64,000 nt of DNA, from contig OZ243927.1 of the NCBI GenBank assembly GCA_965213925.1, positions 2,016,001-2,080,000 of the forward strand. The letters are read 5' to 3'. Position 1 is the stretch's first letter. Each line of letters opens with the position of its first letter. Origin of the DNA: Trueperaceae bacterium (GTDB lineage Bacteria; Deinococcota; Deinococci; Deinococcales; Trueperaceae). The position numbers and the translations under genes were made by a program. The notes under the pieces are model-generated. The model was not told where the DNA came from and did no database searches. It saw only the letters and a list, made by a program, of their open reading frames with translations. Positions 60,837 through 64,000 of the stretch are shown in pieces.

Positions 60837-61730
60837 TTATACACGTTCAATCTCCACCGTTCCAAAGAGCCCATAAGGTTTGATCAGCAAAATGATAATG
60901 AGGAGAACAAAGGGGACGACTTCACCCGTGCCGCCGCCGGGGACAAAGGGGTCTAGGTAGCCCGACGCTAAGACCTCCGTCACGCCGATGAGGACGCCGC
61001 CCACCACTGCGCCCGTGACCGAGTCGAGACCGCCCAAGATGACAGCAGGAAAGACGCGCAGACCGATGGCGGTGAGACCGGCGAACTCGAGCCCGTACAG
61101 CCCCCCCACCACGAAGCCCGCCGCCGTCGCGCTAATCCCTGCCGCCGCCCACGCCAGCGCAAAGACCCGCTCGATTGAAACGCCGACGCTCAGCGCCGCC
61201 AACTGGTCATCCGCCACCGCCCGCATCGAAATACCCAGCGTGCTGCGCGTGAAAAACCAACTCAGCGCGAGGATAAAAACGAGCGTGAGACCGATGGCGA
61301 TGGCTTGCTCCCAGCGGAGGATGATACCGCCAAAGGTGATGGGCGTATTCGGCAAGAAGCTCGGAAACCGCGCCGTGAGCGTGCCGAAGGGCGTGAAGTA
61401 GACAAGCCCCGAGAGCAAACTCGCCAAACCAATCGTCACCATGATGACGCTGATAATCGGCTCGCCGATCATCGGGCGCAAGAAGAGGCGTTCGATACCC
61501 TGCCCGACGAAGTACATGAGGACCATCGCCCCGACGAACGACACCCAGATAGGGACGCCCGCCCACACGGTTAGACCGTAAATAATAAAGGTACCAATCG
61601 CAATCAGCTCGCCGTGCGCGAAGTTGATGACGCGGCTCGCTTTGTAGATGAGGACGAAGCCTAAAGCGGCGAGGGCGTAGATGCAGCCGACAGCGATACC
61701 TGTCACGATGAGTTGAAGAAAGTAGGTCAC
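60837..61730 (-). CDS. Liv-type ABC permease (LivH-like)
   Basis: GCIYALAALGF, INFAHG, FPAVILGGLDS, KPYGLFG. Confidence 0.93.
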   Translation of the reverse strand: MTYFLQLIVTGIAVGCIYALAALGFVLIYKASRVINFAHGELIAIGTFIIYGLTVWAGVPIWVSFVGAMVLMYFVGQGIERLFLRPMIGEPIISVIMVTIGLASLLSGLVYFTPFGTLTARFPSFLPNTPITFGGIILRWEQAIAIGLTLVFILALSWFFTRSTLGISMRAVADDQLAALSVGVSIERVFALAWAAAGISATAAGFVVGGLYGLEFAGLTAIGLRVFPAVILGGLDSVTGAVVGGVLIGVTEVLASGYLDPFVPGGGTGEVVPFVLLIIILLIKPYGLFGTVEIERV

Positions 61731-62128
61731 CCACCGACCTCTTTCACAACCTCTCGTTTAGGCGAAGGTCCGAAGCGGTTCTCACCCTCCGACCCCGCTA
61801 AACAGCCCGTTTCAACGAACGCCCAAATGCCGCCGATAAGAGGTACGAAGTTGATTAAGTACCACCACCCCGACTTCCCTCTGTCGTGCCAGCGCTTCAC
61901 CTGCGTGGCGATGCCGGGCCATAGAAGCGCGAGGCTCCAGGCAATCGCGAGCCAATCCATAGGACCGCTAGGGCTGGTTTGGTCCGCGCCGCTCGCAAGA
62001 AATCCGATAAGCAGGGAGATACCGAGCGCAGGCAACAGAAAGTTGAGCCAGTACTGCTTGCGGCTGATGCGTCCTTGCAAGGAGAACAAAAACCACTGCC
62101 AATCCATTTCGTTCACCCGGTTATTCAC
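61727..62128 (-). CDS. DUF805 membrane protein
   Basis: FS.QGRISRKQYW, VKRWHDRGKSGWW, G.NRFGP. Confidence 0.9.
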   Translation of the reverse strand: MNNRVNEMDWQWFLFSLQGRISRKQYWLNFLLPALGISLLIGFLASGADQTSPSGPMDWLAIAWSLALLWPGIATQVKRWHDRGKSGWWYLINFVPLIGGIWAFVETGCLAGSEGENRFGPSPKREVVKEVGG

Positions 62129-64000
62129 TGTGCTCCCCTCGCAGCCTCACGCTTGCGCGGCTCACCTGCCGAAGCCTCTAAAATTCGCACGTCCGTCTCC
62201 ACCTCGTTCACTTGTCCATCCTGATAGCGAAACTCCGCCTTGATGCTGACCTCTTCTAATTCCGGCTGATAGAGCGCCCCTAAAATCTTCCCGTAGCGCT
62301 CCCCGACGAACCCTCGGCGCACCTTGCCCGTGCGCGTAAGCTCTTCGTCGTCGGCGTCCAAAAGTTTATAAAGGAGTACGAAGCGGTGAATGCGCTCCTC
62401 CTCGTTCAAATCTTCGTTGACGCTGTTGACTTCGCTCAAGATAAGCTTGGCAACTTCGGGCTGCTGTGACAAATCCATATAGGTCGTGTAGGAAAGCCCC
62501 TTGTCCTCCGCCCATTTACCCACCGTCATCGGGTCGATGTTGACTAAAGCGGTGATAAAGGGTTTGTCGTCGCCGTACACAACCGCCTCTTTAATGAACG
62601 GGCTAAATTTGAGCTTATTCTCGATGAACTGCGGGCTGAACATGTGCCCGCTGCCCGTGTGCATCACATCACCCACGCGGTCAATGATGACTAAGTGGCC
62701 GTCCTCATCCAAGTAGCCCGCGTCGCCCGAGCGAAACCAGCCGCCTTCTGCCAAGACCTCTTCGAAATCTTCATCGCGTTCGTAGTAGCCGTGACAGACG
62801 CCGTCGCACCGCGTCAAGACCTCACCGTCGTCCGAAATTTTCACCTCGACGCCGGGGAGCGGCAAGCCCACCGTGTCGTGCTTCACGTCACCGTCGCGCT
62901 GAACGTACGCCAAGCCGGAGGTCTCGGTTTGCCCATACACCTGCTTGAGGTTGATGCCCATCCCCTGAAAGAACTTAAAGGTATCAGGTCCTAACGCCGC
63001 GCCGCCCGTATAGGCGCGTTTGAGGCGCAGGAAACCGAGCTGGTCTTTCATCGGGCGAAAGAGCGCGAAGTGGGCGAAGCGGTAGCCGATTCGGAGCCCC
63101 AGCGGTAACGACTCGCCGCGCATCCGGTAGTCGGCGGCGCGGCGTCCTATGTTCATGAGCTTCTTGTACGCCCAGCGGTTGAAGGGGTAAGACTCGTCCA
63201 TCTTGACCCAAATGTTCGACTGAACGCCCTCCCACACGCGAGGCGCACCGAGCATCATGTGGGGTCCGATCTCTTTAAGGTCGTCCATCGCCGTCTCGCT
63301 CGACTCGGGGAAGTTGACCACCATGCCCGTTAAGAGTGGCACAGCGAGCGCGAAGACCTGCTCGACGATCCAGGCGAAAGGAAGATACGAGACGTAGTCG
63401 TCGCCCTCGGCGATGGGGTCAATCTGGTGGAGCGCGTGCGCCATCGCTAGGTAGTTGCGGTGGCTGAGCATGGCGGCTTTAGGGCGTCCGGTGGTGCCTG
63501 AGGTCGCGGAGAGGTGGCAGATGTCGTCCGGTGCACCTTGCGCGACGTGCTCCGCGAAGAGGGTAGGCTCGCGCTGGTGGAAGGACTCGCCCACCTCCAG
63601 GAGCCGCTCCCAGCTCATAAACCAGTCGTCCTCTAAGTAAGGGCGCATCCCCTTCTCGTCTTCGAAGATGACCTTTCTGATGTTCGGCAGCTCATCTCGC
63701 AATGCTAAGACCTTATCGACTTGCTCTTGGTCTTCGGCTAGAACGAGGCTGGCTTCGCTGTACTCCAAGAGATACTTCACCTCGTCACGACCCGACGACT
63801 GGTAAATCCCAATGGTCATCGCGCCTAGGCTCTGCGCCGCGAGTTCTGTGATGGTCCATTCGGGAATATTGTCGGCGATGACGGCGATTCTGTCGCCTGG
63901 TGTAACGCCTAGTGAGAGCAGCCCTAGAGCGGCGTTGCGGACGTTGGTCTCGAGCCCCCGCCACGTCAACTCGTTCCAAATCCCGTAATCCTTCTTGCGA
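62125..64000 (-). CDS. Long-chain acyl-CoA synthetase (5' end beyond window)
   Basis: TSGTTGRPK, SYLPFAW, YGQTE, SGDAG, ELTRTGKVRR. Confidence 0.93.
   Translation of the reverse strand, partial: RKKDYGIWNELTWRGLETNVRNAALGLLSLGVTPGDRIAVIADNIPEWTITELAAQSLGAMTIGIYQSSGRDEVKYLLEYSEASLVLAEDQEQVDKVLALRDELPNIRKVIFEDEKGMRPYLEDDWFMSWERLLEVGESFHQREPTLFAEHVAQGAPDDICHLSATSGTTGRPKAAMLSHRNYLAMAHALHQIDPIAEGDDYVSYLPFAWIVEQVFALAVPLLTGMVVNFPESSETAMDDLKEIGPHMMLGAPRVWEGVQSNIWVKMDESYPFNRWAYKKLMNIGRRAADYRMRGESLPLGLRIGYRFAHFALFRPMKDQLGFLRLKRAYTGGAALGPDTFKFFQGMGINLKQVYGQTETSGLAYVQRDGDVKHDTVGLPLPGVEVKISDDGEVLTRCDGVCHGYYERDEDFEEVLAEGGWFRSGDAGYLDEDGHLVIIDRVGDVMHTGSGHMFSPQFIENKLKFSPFIKEAVVYGDDKPFITALVNIDPMTVGKWAEDKGLSYTTYMDLSQQPEVAKLILSEVNSVNEDLNEEERIHRFVLLYKLLDADDEELTRTGKVRRGFVGERYGKILGALYQPELEEVSIKAEFRYQDGQVNEVETDVRILEASAGEPRKREAARGAQ

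Noticed and set aside
1..64000. CRISPR array, tRNA/rRNA, integron attC sites, prophage genes
   Set aside because: No regularly spaced repeat-spacer units, cloverleaf motifs, attC-like sites between the intercalated genes, or phage hallmark proteins were seen.

Overview
GC-rich bacterial chromosomal window, most likely from a Deinococcota (Truepera-like) organism. This is inferred from Thermus/Deinococcus-type xylA, paaK and hpa genes and from many leaderless genes with a TAnnnT -10 box 5-8 nt before the start codon. Most of it is metabolic: cpdB, an E1 alpha/beta 2-oxoacid dehydrogenase pair, msrB, two FNT channels, xylAB, paaK, a BCCT transporter, a 4-hydroxyphenylacetate/homoprotocatechuate cluster (hpaC-I-G-E-B-D), two Liv-type ABC operons and guaA. 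I found no rRNA, tRNA, CRISPR array, integrase, transposase or reverse transcriptase. The most interesting unexplained signals are five. (1) A strongly base-paired intergenic element of about 180 nt at 7903-8084 with a 6S-RNA-like architecture. (2) An integrase-free, AT-richer island of about 3.3 kb (lipoprotein, 608-aa lipoprotein with a coiled-coil/hydrophobic hairpin, 4-TM protein), bracketed by a duplicated and mostly synonymously diverged 5' end of a methyltransferase gene. (3) Small conflict- or immunity-type genes repeatedly slotted into catabolic operons (three Uma2, VapBC plus an unknown ORF, an orphan CdiI, DUF805). (4) PaaR-type operators that tie one ABC transporter to phenylacetate catabolism. 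(5) Several families of palindromic repeats. All family assignments come from motif recognition by eye; no database searches were run.
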